Shown in pieces: positions 39,100-52,263 of a DNA stretch of 64,000 nt. Positions within the stretch are counted from its first letter, which is position 1; every line of letters begins with the position of its first letter. Position numbers and translations under genes: made by a program. The notes beneath the pieces were generated by a model, which worked only from the letters and a program-made list of their open reading frames with translations, had not been told where the DNA came from and searched no databases. This DNA is from Fistulifera solaris (taxonomy: Eukaryota), in contig AP026123.1 in assembly GCA_030295235.1 (NCBI GenBank), positions 1,426,001 to 1,490,000 of the forward strand, written 5' to 3'.

Positions 39100-39148
39100 G
39101 GTGACTAGTTTCCATACATTGTGTATACAGTTTGTCCATTTGAAACCA

Positions 39149-39964
39149 TCATCGGCCGTATTTGCTTTTCCATTCTTTCAAATTCTTGTGATATTCGCGC
39201 CAAGCTTCTCTCTCATTTGCCTTCATTCGATCACGCATTCCCTTCAAGCAGCAAATACCGAGTAACATGTATGTCAATCCTACAGCCAGCATAAACCATG
39301 ACGAGAGCTGCATAAATATAGCTGGCCATCCCACATGAAATGAATCTTTGTTGTGTGCCAATATATCCTTCACGCGCTCGGAATATGACTCTTCAACGCA
39401 AATAAGACCGACAAAGGAGTAAAGAATGCCTCGACTCAAGTAGCTCTGCAACAATTGCGAAGACTGAATAAAAGGGATCGGAATATTGACCTCTGTTGAA
39501 ACAAAAGGATGCAAAAGAATGCAATGTACACCTTCAGAGCAAGGGAAAGCACACCAATGTCGGTCCCAATGTCGTGAACGAGAAATAAAGGCAGTATCTG
39601 GGTCGTAAAAGGCAAACATCCGTTGCAATGGCTATACCCTCCAGCATGTGAAATAGCCACAAACAAGGGTTCTGAGGTGGGACGTGGGGTCGAGAAGCCA
39701 ACGCATCTTTTTGTTCGCATTCTCTCTTTCCAGCAGTGCTTTGCCCTCTTCTTCATCGACAGGAAAGTCTTCACCTTTTAATGAACCATAGTCAGCTTTC
39801 TGCGCATCGTTCTTCTCTTGAATATGGCTGACAAGTAGCAAAGAAAGCGAGCAAATAAGCATCGCATCTTCAACGAAAACAATGATCGACGTCGCTACTT
39901 ACGCTTTGTCATTCTGTGGTTCGAGCCACGTTGGGTTCTCATCCGACTCATCTTTGCTACTCAT
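39149..39964 (-). CDS. COPI-associated/TVP15-like multi-pass Golgi membrane protein
   Basis: ATG at 39964, intron 39828-39902, hydrophobic helices and LLQSYLSRGILYSFVGL, which resembles the W/YxxRGxxYxFxG motif. Several frameshifts. Confidence 0.65.
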
Positions 39965-40220
39965 TGCTGGATTTTCCAAACTTTTAATTGTCTTTTCTAA
40001 AAAGGAAATGTTGAAAGATTGTAGGTTTGCATGCTATTAGCTCTTATCGCTCTCATCATCATTCATCATTCATTCATCATCGTCAAAAAGCCGCGTTCTC
40101 GGTTCTCATCATCATTCTCGCAGCCCCTTTTCTTCAAACACGGTTTCTGCCTAACGGAGTCAAAGCCACTCATCACATAAGACAACATTAAAAGCGATAC
40201 TCCCTGAAGATCTTGCCACA

Positions 40221-40725
40221 GTCCCGGATAGATCTCTCTTCCCTTTAGTCACGAATCCTTTAAGTGGGTGCAGTCTGTCCGTGCACCCTCGACGACATTT
40301 TTCAAACACACTACGACATCAAAAGAAAAAGGAGTACCGCTCCAAAAAAACATGTACTTTCAAGCACTACATGTCAGCTCCCTCTACTTTCTACCTCTAG
40401 TGTGATCAGACTCGTATTTTTTGGCCAAAAATGCAAGGGGATTGATTGCCCATGATTTTTGGCATCATTTGGCTCATTCTATTGCCACAACAACATGCTA
40501 GGAAAATTGTTGACCTCTAGAAGGCTACTCTTCCCGTTCTTCACAATTTTCTCATCTTAACTTTCAATAGTCCTAATGAACGTACGGGGGCGGTGAGAAA
40601 TGAGGTCCAAGCTGCTCAGAACTGCTTTAAGAAGCTCAGTATTGCGCCGTTTCAATGACACTGGTCGAGCAATTACAGTGCGCCAGTAGAAACTCCCTCG
40701 CAATGCTTTGAACCGCGGTTACCCT
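40221..40725 (+). repeat. Dispersed repeat family, copy A
   Basis: Colinear with 59961-60465. 50 bp (40271-40320) are identical to 60014-60063. Confidence 0.9.
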
Positions 40726-41569
40726 TATTTCTTCGATGTCGAGTATAATACTTGCAAGACCATCGGTCCTCGATGCGGCGTCCAAGAATCCATCTCAAAC
40801 TTATTGCAGCGAAAGCGGAAGATAGGACGAACGATAGGATCGAAACGCTCACAGGGATAGCTCAGCGACATGCTTCATGGATAACCTTTTGCACTTTACG
40901 AGCGTGAGGATTGTTGTCTTTGGAGGATCTTGATATCACTTTTGACTATGCTTCTATGAGAACTAGTCAAACCGAGGCTGCCGTCGTCCTGTTCTATCGA
41001 TTACCAGGGCGTTCTCGCACGGCACCTACCACCTGTGGCAAGACATTTGGCACGTATTAGCAGCTATCTTCGCTTCCCGACAATTCTCAAAGTCTCAACA
41101 TTTCGAACTTTTGCGTTTCCCGTCAAATTTTGAGTTGATCGTACAATTCGCTAATAAGAACAAGCTGACACTGATACGGAAACCTGGAATTCGATTACAT
41201 TTGCTCAGATCTTACTTTCACCTGGGTCCTTTCAGCACGACCAAATCAAAATTACCCTGGTTGCATAGTGACGACACCTAGTTCACTTTAAGTAGGCCAA
41301 TAGTTTTTTTTAGATTTTGTCCATGGTCACAAGAATGCTTCAAGTCGCCACTGTCTCTCCCTTGGACGGGTCGACTACTACCTGGTATCTAAATTCGATT
41401 CAGAATTATATAATAAGTTTTGTAAGATTGATATTACAGTTGAAGTGACAACTATTTAGCTTGTCGTCATTGTGGTAATCCGAATGGCGAATCTAGAGGG
41501 GCTACGCAATTGATAGACTTGCATGGAACCGTGCCGAAAAGATAGCAACGGGGTCGAAAGGTGGTTTTC

Positions 41570-42782
41570 TTATCCCCATCGAAGGATGGCGGCACCCCAC
41601 GACAATCCTGCACCAAAGCCAGCACACGCGATGACGTCTCCCTTCTTTACTTTTCCACTTCGCACAGCGGCGTCAAGCGCCAAAGGAATGGACGCCGCGC
41701 TGGTGTTTCCGTACTCATTGAGGTTCGTAATCACCTTTTCCATGGGAATGCCTAGTCGCTTGGCAACCGTTTCCATAATACGAATATTGGCCTGGTGCAA
41801 TAAGAGAAAGTCAACATCATCTACTGTCATTCCTGCCGCATCTAACGCTTCCGATAGTACTTCCGGGACTTCACGTGTCGCGAACTTGTACACTTCTTTG
41901 CCGTTCATAAATAAACTATTATAAGAAGCCGAACTAATGACAGTCCCTTCACCCGGTGTGGCCACGGTGCGCGGCTTTCCGAGATAGCTGTAGAACGGTT
42001 GCAAAGCATGAGTGTGAGTCTAGAAGAAAAAAATCACTCTGTGATATCAATTCCTCGACTTACCTGCAGTTCAATTCAACATTGCCGGCTCCATTGGATC
42101 GAGCTGCATACCCGAGAAGACCTGATGCAGCGCTGTCTCCTTGAGGTGTGCTTTCCAAGACCATTGCACCTGCTCCATCACCAAACAGAATGCATACATT
42201 CCGGTCTTCCCAATCGACCCATCGAGACAACGCATCGGCGCCGAGCACGAGCGCTCTTTGTGGCTTGTCACCGGACGTCAAAAACTTTCCCGCCGTCACC
42301 GAGGCAAAGAGAAATCCGGAGCACGCGGCCGTTAGGTCGAAAGCCACCGTACTGGTCGGGCAACCCAACTTGTTGGCAATATTGGGCGCGTCACCAAACA
42401 TGTCATCGGGAGAGCTTGTGGCACAAATGACGAGATCGAGTTCTTCCGGCTTGACGCCGGCCATTTCGAGGGCATTTCGGCCGGCGATGACGGCCAAGTC
42501 GTGCAATTTCTCCGTCGATGTCAGCACATGTCGCTGAGCAATTCCGGTACGAGTTTGAATCCATTCATCCGTTGTGTCGACAACTTTCTCTAAATCAAAG
42601 TTCGTGATGGTAGTGTCGGGAGCAGCCGATCCAATGCCGATGGGTCGGCAGTGCATCAAGCCGGAGCTGGCCGCGAGAGACGTCGACGATTGCGTTTTCG
42701 GGCTTGCAATGGTAAAAGCCGAGGAGCCCGTTAGTGAAAGGAAGCCGAGGGCAATTGTGAAGGATCTTTTTGTGATGATCAT
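41570..42782 (-). CDS. fabH: 3-oxoacyl-ACP synthase III (KASIII), plastid-targeted
   Basis: Signal peptide plus [19 protein letters not shown], and catalytic [13 protein letters not shown] and [10 protein letters not shown]. Intron 41988-42063. Confidence 0.97.
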
Positions 42783-43222
42783 TTTTTTTAAAAATATTAT
42801 TCTTGTAAGAGGTAGCAAACGTTTCTATCGTCGGACTTCAAACAAATAACTGCTTGATTGTGACGATTTCCTTTAGACAGCCGATGGATCGGTAAAAGCA
42901 CAATCGTTGGCTGTTTGTAAACTCTAGACTATACTTTCTCCTTGACGAAATTCAGACTTTCTCCGACAACGAGTGATGGCGACAATCGTTTGACGTCGCC
43001 TTGGACGAGGTCAAAAGGTCGATGACGAAGGTGCCGATATTTGAAAACGCATGTTGACTTGCGTCGCTTTCTCATGCCGTCACATACGTAATCCGTGACT
43101 CGTCATGACTGGGCCATCCATCGAGTACCGCGCTACACAAACCTCCCCCAATAAAAAGCTCCTCGCAGAAAACAGCAGCCATTATATTTATTTCATCTTA
43201 TTCAACTTCCAATGCCAATACC

Positions 43223-44331
43223 ATGACAAGCATGCTCGCATTTAGCATTGAAAAGCCCGGAGACAACTACGGAAAGGTCGTTACGATACCCAAGCCTACG
43301 CTGGACGGACCGGGCTTTGCTTTGATTCGCGTCTTGCGCGCCGGTGTTTGCAACACGGATCTCGAGATTTTGCAGGGTTATATGGGCTTTACGGGGGTAC
43401 TCGGTCACGAATTTGTGGGTATTGTAGAGGAAGTGCACGATGAGATAGATGCGGAATGGATTGGAAAACGCGTTTGCGGTGATATCAATGTCGGATGCGC
43501 CGCGTGTGGCGTTTGTGACAAACAGTATGATCACCGGTGCAGTCAGATGGGTCGCAATCATTGCCCCAATCGTAGTGTTTAGGAATTCTCGGCCGAAATG
43601 GAACGATGGCCGAGTATTTGACGCTGCCGGTTCGGAATTTGCATCCCGTTCCGGATGACATGCCCGATGAAGTCGCTGTATTTTCGGAACCACTCGCGGC
43701 GGCGTGTCGGATTGTCGAACAAGGGCTCGTCTCTTACAATGATCCTCCCGATAAGGTAGCAATTCTGGGTGATGGGAAGCTGGGACTCATGATTGCGGAA
43801 GTACTGGGACGTGAGCATACGGAGCGTGTTGGTAATGGACAAGACGCACCCGTCTTGTTTGGAAAACACGAGCACAAGCTGCAGTTAGTTAACGACACGG
43901 GTGTTATTACCAAACTGATAAAGGACTGCCAAGATAGCTCTGCTTTCAATGGAGTTTCCCCTGCTTACGCTGGAAAATTTGATGTTGTCGTGGATGCTAC
44001 CGGAAGTCCCGATGCTTTAGCCCTATCCGCTGCACTATGTCGACCGATGGGGACACTGGTGTTAAAGAGCACGTGCGCGTCTACGCCCGAAAAACCGTTC
44101 AACTCGGCTCCATTCGTGATTGATGAATTAAAGGTAGTGGGATCACGGTGTGGGCCTATCGATAAAGCACTTGCTTTACTGGCGATCCCTGATTCCGACC
44201 CGAACAGGAGGTCACTGAACGTTGCCAAATATATTACAAAATCATTTCCACTATCACAGGCTGACGAAGCTGTTCGTTGCGCCGCAGAAAGATCCACAAT
44301 GAAAGTTCAAATTATATGTAATGAAAAGTGA
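43223..44331 (+). CDS. Zinc-dependent medium-chain dehydrogenase (threonine/alcohol dehydrogenase-like)
   Basis: GVCNTD, GHEFVG, structural-zinc CAACGVC..C..HC, Rossmann GDGKLG and GSRCGP. Frameshift near 43578. No intron seen. Confidence 0.9.
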
Positions 44332-44750
44332 GCATAGAATTTTACCTATAGATTCTCTAGGCGCTAGCATCGCGTGATTCATTTTTGTGAAAGCAGTCAC
44401 GCATGAGAAAGCGTCCGTTATGACTGTAGGACACAGTGTGCATGACGTCGTCTTCAGCCAAGAGGGTCCGTGACTTACGTCATTGACCATAAGATCGTTG
44501 TAAAACGCGGATCGAGCACACGCACCGAGTTGACCCCCGTCATCGTGTTGATGAAGCTCGACGTCTTTCTCTCCAAGGTTTCCGATCAAAAAGAGAGACG
44601 ACATCAAAACATCGTTGCACTCGTCGCAAAAATACGAAGACGTAAAGCAAAGAGCCGATTCCAGCCGTTGCTTTCTCTAGAAAGTCACAATCAATTGATT
44701 CCGATCGCATCCTTTTGTAAAGCCAATTCACAAGAAAACATTTTACAGCA

Positions 44751-46370
44751 ATGAAATTCTCGGTTGTTGTTCTCGTATCCTTCCTGACGGCGTCGGAAGC
44801 CTTCACTCCCATGCAAAGTCAAGGTAGGTTGGCCACGCGATTGAGTCTGAAAGAGTCGCTTCGATAGACATGCCAGAAATTCATGTCAAAGATTGCGGCA
44901 TTGCTACTTCTTTTCTCCAGTACAGCGATTCGATCAGCCGGTTGGCGATCGGTATGTAGATTGACATCTAACAGTTCCTTTCGTTTCTCGCGTCTTGCAG
45001 CCGTTTCTCCTCGACTATCCTCGACGGAATTGAATGCCCGACGCGTCGTCGTGACCGGAATGGGTATCACTTCCTGCTTGGGCAACACATTGGAAGACGT
45101 CAAAAACTCTCTTTACAATGCCGAGTCCGGTATCACCTTCAATGAGGAATTTGCGGCACTCGGAATTAAATCACAAGTAGCCGGTGTGCCCGCCCTGACT
45201 GAAGCCGATTTCACGGAACTCATCCCCAAGGCGACCCTGCGATTCTGCGGAACCAATGCCAAGTACGCGTACATTGCCATGGATCGTGCCATCAAAGATG
45301 CTGGTCTCAAACCGGAAGATTATGAAGAAAACCCCCGTGTTGCCTCGATTATTGGACAGGGTGGAACGAGTATTCCGGATATTGTCGAGACGGTCACTGC
45401 GGTCGAAGCGGGTGGACGTTGGAAGAACAAGGTGGGTCCGTTCCGTGTCACCCGATCCATGGGATCGACCTGTTCGGCGGTCTTGGCGACTGCCTTTAAG
45501 ACACAGGGTCCTAGTTATTCGATTTCATCCGCCTGCTCGACTGGTGCACACTGCATTGGCACAGGTTTTGAGCAAATTCAATTAGGAAAGGCCGATATGG
45601 CATTTTGCGGAGCTGGTAAGTCTTTAAAATGAAAGGACTTGTCGAGTGCTGGAACGTAAGTCTCGCTCACCGTTTGTCTGAATCGTCGTCGCGTAGGTGA
45701 GAACGTCAACTGGCAATTCACAAGCATGTTCGATTGCATGGGTGCTTTGAGCACTTCATACAACGACACTCCCAAAACTGCATCTCGTGCTTTCGACAAG
45801 AGTCGTGATGGATTCGTCATTGCCGGAGGCGGTGGTATGATGGTTTTGGAGGAATTGGAACACGCCAAGAAACGTGGTGCGAAAATCTATGCCGAATTGG
45901 TCGGTTACGCTGCCAACTCGGATGGTTACGACATGGTTGCACCATCCGGTGTAGGCGGAGAACGTTGCATGGAGTTGGCGATGGAGAATGCTAAGATGAA
46001 TGCTGACGACAAACCAGTTGATTACATTAACACACACGGAACAAGTACACCGGTAGGTGATGTTATGGAACTTGGTGCCATCAAGAGACTTTTTGAAAAG
46101 AAGGGTTACACACCGTACGTTGGATCTACCAAATCTCTTTCGGGTCACTCATTGGGAGCAGCCGGTATCCATGAGGCCATCTACACCTGCCTCATGATGG
46201 ATAATGACTTCATGGCCGAATCCGCCAACATCAACGACTTGGTAGATGAGGCGGAAGGTATGAACATCCTCACCAGCAGAAAGGACGGTCCATTCAAGCG
46301 AGCCATGTCGAATAGTTTCGGCTTCGGCGGAACCAACTGCGCTCTTGTCTTTGACAAGTACGAAGAGTAA
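44751..46370 (+). CDS. fabB: 3-oxoacyl-ACP synthase I (FabB type), plastid-targeted
   Basis: [20 protein letters not shown] targeting peptide, [45 protein letters not shown] and SNSFGFGG. Introns 44824-45000 and 45616-45696. Confidence 0.95.
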
Positions 46371-46573
46371 ATACAAAATATCACGTTTGCTGTCATAATC
46401 GAAACAGCGAGCGAGACGCCTATTAATTAGCTACTTGGTTTTATTTTCTTCAGTTGACTAAATAAATTCATATGTAGTGACCCTATTATTAGTGATACTC
46501 TTGTCATGAAGAGATCTGAAATGCTTATTACCCATCAATCATGCTCGTATGAACTTGCGGCCTTTTGGTCCTT

Positions 46574-47939
46574 TTATCGGAGTCGAAGGTCGAGTGGCTC
46601 TTCGTCAATTTCCGTCAAACCTTGCTCATCGGTATGATGCAGCACCCCCAGTGCCGAATTCATGACCCAATCAATTTGGTTTTCAAACGATCTCACACTT
46701 CCCGACGTAGAATCATCATCAAGTCTATCCCAAATTTCACCTGATCCAAGCCCCGATTGCAGTCGATGTTTTCGGCCATCCCTGTCGTCTTCCTCTGGCT
46801 TTTGACCCCTTTCCCACTGTGGATTGAATTCCACAGGATCTTTTCCGGGACGTTCCGGAATAAACACTCCACCTTCGGGAACATAGCGCTCCAGCTCTTG
46901 TGCGGACATGTCATCCTTTTCTTTCGGGTAATCGATGACACGACCAGGGTGATCCCAGTCTGGATCCTCTTCCGGATCTTTAGGCGGCACTGGTCTCAAT
47001 TTGAAGCCAGGTTGGAGATGCTCCGGCGGAGGGATGCGCCCCGCCCCGTACCTTTACGTCCTTCCTCGTCATACTCATCTCCAATCGGCCCTCCACCACG
47101 GCGCTTGCGACCATCTTCATCGTATTCGGACTCGTCTTCCACTCCTCTAGTTAAGGGAATTGCTCCTGCCACCATGACTGGAGAGATAGGATTTTCTTCA
47201 TCAACACCAGGGGGCATCGATCTGAGCTGTGACGCGGCCAACGGTTGCTCTGGGTCAGGCTCGAAACCATTCTCCTTTTCTTCTTCTTCCTCAAGCTCTC
47301 GTGCTATTTTCCTTCTGTATCCACAAGCACAGCAACAGCAAAGCAATAAGAGCAACGCGGCTGCAATGAGTGCCCACAGAGCTTCTTTGGGAAAACCGTC
47401 ATCATCTTGCTTCGGTGGAGGAATTGTGAACAAAATCGGAAGCGGCGGAACGGGTGCCTCTTCGCGTTCATCGTCAATTGGCGGGCAGTTGAACGGAGGG
47501 AGTGTTTCGTCGGTGACGCGACAGGCGGACGTAAGATAGTTCTGTTGCTCGGCCGTTCTATCTGGATCGATGGCACCAGCGGTTCGAATCTGAGCATTTT
47601 CCCCGAGGCAACATTCAACTGGAGCCCCTTGTTCAGCACGGCAACCGCATGAAATCAGATTGAATGCTATTCTTTGCTGGAGTGTCAGGGCCGGATTTTC
47701 TATGCATTTTCGCTTCGAGTATTCCTGAATGAAGCCGAGATATTCATCTTTTTGATAAGACCATCGCCGTCCACGTCAGCTGTGATCAAATCGGCAAAGC
47801 ACCCCGGGAAATCGATGAATCGATCGGGTTCTTGATAGAAGTCAGAGTTAGGATCGGGTTCTACTTGGGCTTCCTGGGCATTTGACAAGTGTGAAAATGC
47901 CGACAGAAACAATAATATGATTGCGGATACGCGTTTCAT
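46574..47939 (-). CDS. Type I membrane protein with an EF-hand-like, Cys-rich ectodomain (paralog A)
   Basis: Signal peptide MKRVSAIILLFLSAF, DVDGDGLIKKDEY, Cys pattern, Pro-rich linker, TM ALWALIAAALLLLLCCCCAC and an acidic tail. Stitched across frameshifts near 47750 and 47030. Confidence 0.85.
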
Positions 47940-48546
47940 GTTGCTGCCCCCCGCACGTTGCTTTCTTTGCCGATGGACAAGAACTGACTTGTTTTTAATT
48001 ACCCTCTTTTGCGTCTTGCGTTGACAACAAACTGTTTCTTTGGGTCTTTGCTTCAGGTCTTTTTCTTGCATCAATCGACGAATGAATAATGAATAATGAA
48101 GAACGAAGAAGCCCATCAAACTATCAACAATCAGAGATTTAGCAATCGCTCGTGTCCGATGTCCGCCTAATAGCGGTCATGTGTACAACTACGTTCTATA
48201 CTAAGTTTCAACGGAAATGTTGATGATACTCGATGTACAATCCTTAAAATGATTTGATATGCTTTTTATTACCGATGGGATGCAAGAGGAACGATTTGTG
48301 ACGAGTTTCAGCGGAACGAAATGACCCTTGGGAGTGAATGCAAAATTGGCCAAGATGGCCGAAATTTACCACCAACTGAAACCGCCAAATTCTCGTTCAA
48401 AATTACTAGGATCAACAACACCCTCTAGCTAACCCTTTAAAAGCATTCGCTTGCTACACATTATCGCGCTTGCTAGTACCAAGTAGAGAAGTTTATATAG
48501 AAAAAACAAATACGCATTACTCTTTCAATAGTTGAAATCTGGAAAA

Positions 48547-49935
48547 CTATGTCTCAGTCTTCGGTTCTCCTTTGGTATTGCTGGTCGTGTACTTATCATC
48601 GGTCTTGTCGAGAACTCCTAGAGCAGACTGAATAACCCAATCGAAAGGATTTGCACCGCCTGCTGTACCAGTATTACCGTCTCCTTCGTCATTATCCAGT
48701 TGGTCCCACACGGCCGCTTCACCAAGACCAGATTGAATACGATGTTTTCGTTTGTCGACATCATCGGGATCTTCTTTTCGGCACGTTCCCATTGAGGATC
48801 GTACTCGACCGGCCCTTTCTTGGGACGCTCCGGAATGTAAACGCCGCCGTCAGGGGATATAAGGGTCGAAAACTTGGCCCTCGTCCTCCGTTTTGGTCTT
48901 GGGCTCTTCAATCGGACGTCCTGGGTGGTCCCAGTCCGGATCTTCTTCGCTCTCCTTTTCAATGGGTCGAAGTTTGAGCTCCGGGGCTTCCTTTTCGGGC
49001 GGAGGGAATCGACCCGCACCGTAGCGCTTGACTCCACCTTCTTCCTCTTCTTGTCCGAGCGGTCCTCCACCAGTGCGCTTACGGCCGCCTTCCTCGTCTT
49101 CATCTTCTGATTCTTCTTCTACCATTTCTTCTATCTCAATTTCTGGCTCTCGCGCCATCGGAGCCGCCGCGGCTGCGGCCAACGGTGCCACAGGAACATA
49201 CTGCTCCGGCTCGGGTTGCACGGGGGGAGCTTCTTCGTCGACCTCTCCGGGAGAACCTTTTCCGAGAATTTCTTCTTCCACAACTTCTTCCTCTTCGACA
49301 CCCTTCCTCTTTCTGGCAACGCAAGCACAGCAACAAAGAAGTAGCAGGAGAACCGCCGCCGCAATGATGGCCCAGAGGGCTTCCTTCGGGAGACCACCAT
49401 CGTCTCCCGCCACCGAAGGAGCCGGCGGAAGAAAGACAGGAGGAAGGGGCGGCAACGGTGCCGCCTCACGGGTATCATCCTTGGGTGGACAGGCGTACGG
49501 CGGCAATGTGGCGTCGGTGATGCGACACGCCGAAGTCAAGTACGCGTTTTGTTCACCGGTACGGGCCGGATTCAAAGCACCGTCGGTGCGAATCTGCGCC
49601 TTGTCTCCGAGACAGCAATCGGATCCAGCCCCCAATTCCGACCGACATTGACAGGCGATATTGTTGAAGGCGATGCGCTGTTGCCAGGTCAAGACGGGAT
49701 TTTCGATGCATTTGCGCTTGCCGTATTCTTGAATGAAACCCAAGTACTCGCTCGACTTGACGACGCCGTCTCCGTTGACATCAGCAACGATCAGATCAGA
49801 GAAACAACCGGGGAAATCTATACTGGGGTCTCCTTCTTCAAAGAAGTCGGATTCGGGGTTCGGCGCATTGTCTTGGGCGTTCGACGAGGCGAGTGACGCC
49901 AGCAGTAGAAAAAGAATTTGATAAGAAGTTTTCAT
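48547..49935 (-). CDS. Type I membrane protein with an EF-hand-like, Cys-rich ectodomain (paralog B)
   Basis: ORF 48850-49935 has a signal peptide, DVNGDGVVKSSEY and TM ALWAIIAAAVLLLLLCCCAC. It continues by frameshifts into 48618-49103 and 48547-48792. Confidence 0.88.
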
Positions 49936-50753
49936 TTCAATAAACTATCAAGATAATCGATGTTAGAAAGAGTTGAATGAAATTTCTTTAAAAGAAAGAT
50001 TAGACGCGTTAGGTCGAAATGAATGAGATGCTTTCTTAGCCCCTCAAACGATTGTTGATGCTGTCGAAAAGTTTGGGTCATTCGAGAAAAGCGATCACGA
50101 CCTTTTCGCATTGAGTATCGGATCACAAGGATTTTGCGGGGAACGTTGGTGTGACCTATGCCAGTTCAGCAGTATGGTTCAAAAGAACAGGTATCTTGCT
50201 TACAAATGTCTCATCGATTTTTTGTTTAAGCCCAAATGTCTATAGAACATCGAGTAAGCGCCTGTCTGCGATCGTTGCCTAATGGCTAATGGGTAAGGCT
50301 CATTCAATTGCTCATTGCTTCTCGTCACCAAAGATAAATCAATTGAGTAAAATATAAACTAATATTCCAGTCAACAAAACAAAGCATTAATTTATTTGTA
50401 TTTTTTTACTCTCTATTGATTTTTTACGCGAAAAAACATGAGTGTTTCGACGCATCGAATCTCTACGTAGAACTCACGTAAACCCTCGTATGGAAATTTA
50501 TCGGAAGAGGGATACCCGGATGTGCCGATTTCGGCTTTAGTCTGTTGCCATGTCATCATAACATTCAAAAACGTAAATAAGGCGTACCCAGACATTATAT
50601 TCGGCGTTATAGGTTGGCAACACAGGCTGCAGGACAAATTGCAGCACGATTATCATATAAATAGTTTTTCCAGTCCTTTGTTTGACAAATATCCAGCTAG
50701 TTCAAAACAAAATCACCAGATAGCCCGAAGCAATGCCATCCCACAGGCTCTAC

Positions 50754-51580
50754 TCATACTAGCTGTAGTTTTACCCATTCGTAAACACTGAATCCAATCA
50801 TACTCGCGGGAACTGCCCGTAATAACTTTAAACGAAATCCACTGTAAAGGCCTTGAACGACACGACCATCCGCCTCCGCTATCAGTCGAGAGGCTGTTTC
50901 TGTCACGGACAAATTATTTCCCGCTTGTTGGCGTGTTTTGATGAGATCAAAGGGTAACCCACCGCCCAAGCGACGGTGGCCGCTACGGCGCCGGAACTGA
51001 GTGGGACGGCGACATTGTCTTTTCCCATGAGGGGTGTCAAAATATCTTTACAGGCTTCGTAGGATGCGAACCAAACTCCGTGCGGTATTCCGTCTCGGAG
51101 TAACGTGGCGCTCAAACCGCGCCAAGAAGAGGAACTGAACATGCTGCGGGCCACCGTCTTTCCTTTCGAAATAGCATCTGCTTGGAGATCGCACTGTTGC
51201 GAAACCTTAATGAGTTCCACAGGAGACATCAGAAAAGACTGCAATACACCTCCAGTGCAACCTCCAATAAAGATCGCCATGAGTTTTGCTTGCGCGGCAC
51301 TTTCTTCGGCATACTTTTGGCCGATTCCGTAGCCGCCCATCAAGACGGCGTTTTGAATGGGAACGGCCGAAACCATGGGCGAAGCACCACGCCAAAGCGC
51401 TCGTACCCCGAAGTTTTGTGCCAGTGATCTTGCCGAGACCGTCCAGTTGACACGACCGACATCAATCAGCCCCGCTTGCCAACGCGTCAACACGGTGTCG
51501 ACCGGTTGCAGAGCGATGACACTCGCCGCACCCGACGCCCAGCCGGCTATGAAATCTACGTATGCATCCGACAGTGGCAT
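50754..51580 (-). CDS. Mitochondrial carrier (carnitine/acylcarnitine or basic amino-acid carrier-like)
   Basis: Three carrier signatures PVDTVLTRWQ, PVELIKVSQQ and PFDLIKTRQQ, plus LLRDGIPHG and LLRAVP. Frameshift near 50960. Confidence 0.92.
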
Positions 51581-52263
51581 TTCTTTTCTTCGCTTCTATT
51601 TAAAAATAAGGATACTCTTACCTGAGGAGTTATTTATTTTACGATCCAGTGGCAAAATAGTCTATACTGTTGTCAACTTTTTGTCAAACTTATTCTTTTT
51701 GTGGTGAAGAGAAGATACGATGTATGCCTGTGTGACAAGAACACTCATCACTCATAACAAAATACTTTGTACGAAGTGCTTCGTAAAATAAGTACGTAGT
51801 ACAGGATACCTGGCAAAGGGCGTCGCTTGGTCAACGTTCAACGTTCTCCTACTATGTAGTTTCGCCTTTCGACATTCCAAACAAAATTGATGATGCTAAC
51901 CAACGCCATTTTTAGATTTACTTTTGTTTCGTTCCTTCATTATATCTGTGAATGAACCCTTTCATCGTCGTTTCAAGTTTCAATCATTTTCCATACTTTC
52001 TTCATGACTGAAGTCCAGTCGTGGTTGACGAGAACTAACACTTTGTGACTTCACACCTAAGGTGGGAAAGCGACCGAAAATATTTCGACCACATTTGCCG
52101 CTATAAGCTTCAAATTTCAAGGAGTGAGCAATCCTTTAAGAGTGAGTGACAAACTCAGTTGTGAAGTCCACTTTTTAAAGGCGATGTACGCCCCGTTCTG
52201 TGCAGCAAGGAGCCGCAGTGACAGATAGTCGACAAGCGCAAAAAGTCCACGTGGAAGCAGTTC

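Noticed and set aside
21160..39964. Apparent secretory-pathway cluster (RING-CUE ligase, STT3, VPS54, COPI-associated protein)
   Set aside because: Different compartments and pathways, interspersed with unrelated genes. Expected by chance for such a large functional class.
44921..44951. Possible cassette exon inside the 177-bp first intron of fabB
   Set aside because: A 31-nt exon would break the frame and leave a 49-bp intron, shorter than the others seen here.
46757..49651. Long Ser-rich plus-strand ORFs (46757-47539, 49028-49651)
   Set aside because: Antisense shadows of the acidic GAA/GAG-rich membrane-protein genes on the minus strand.
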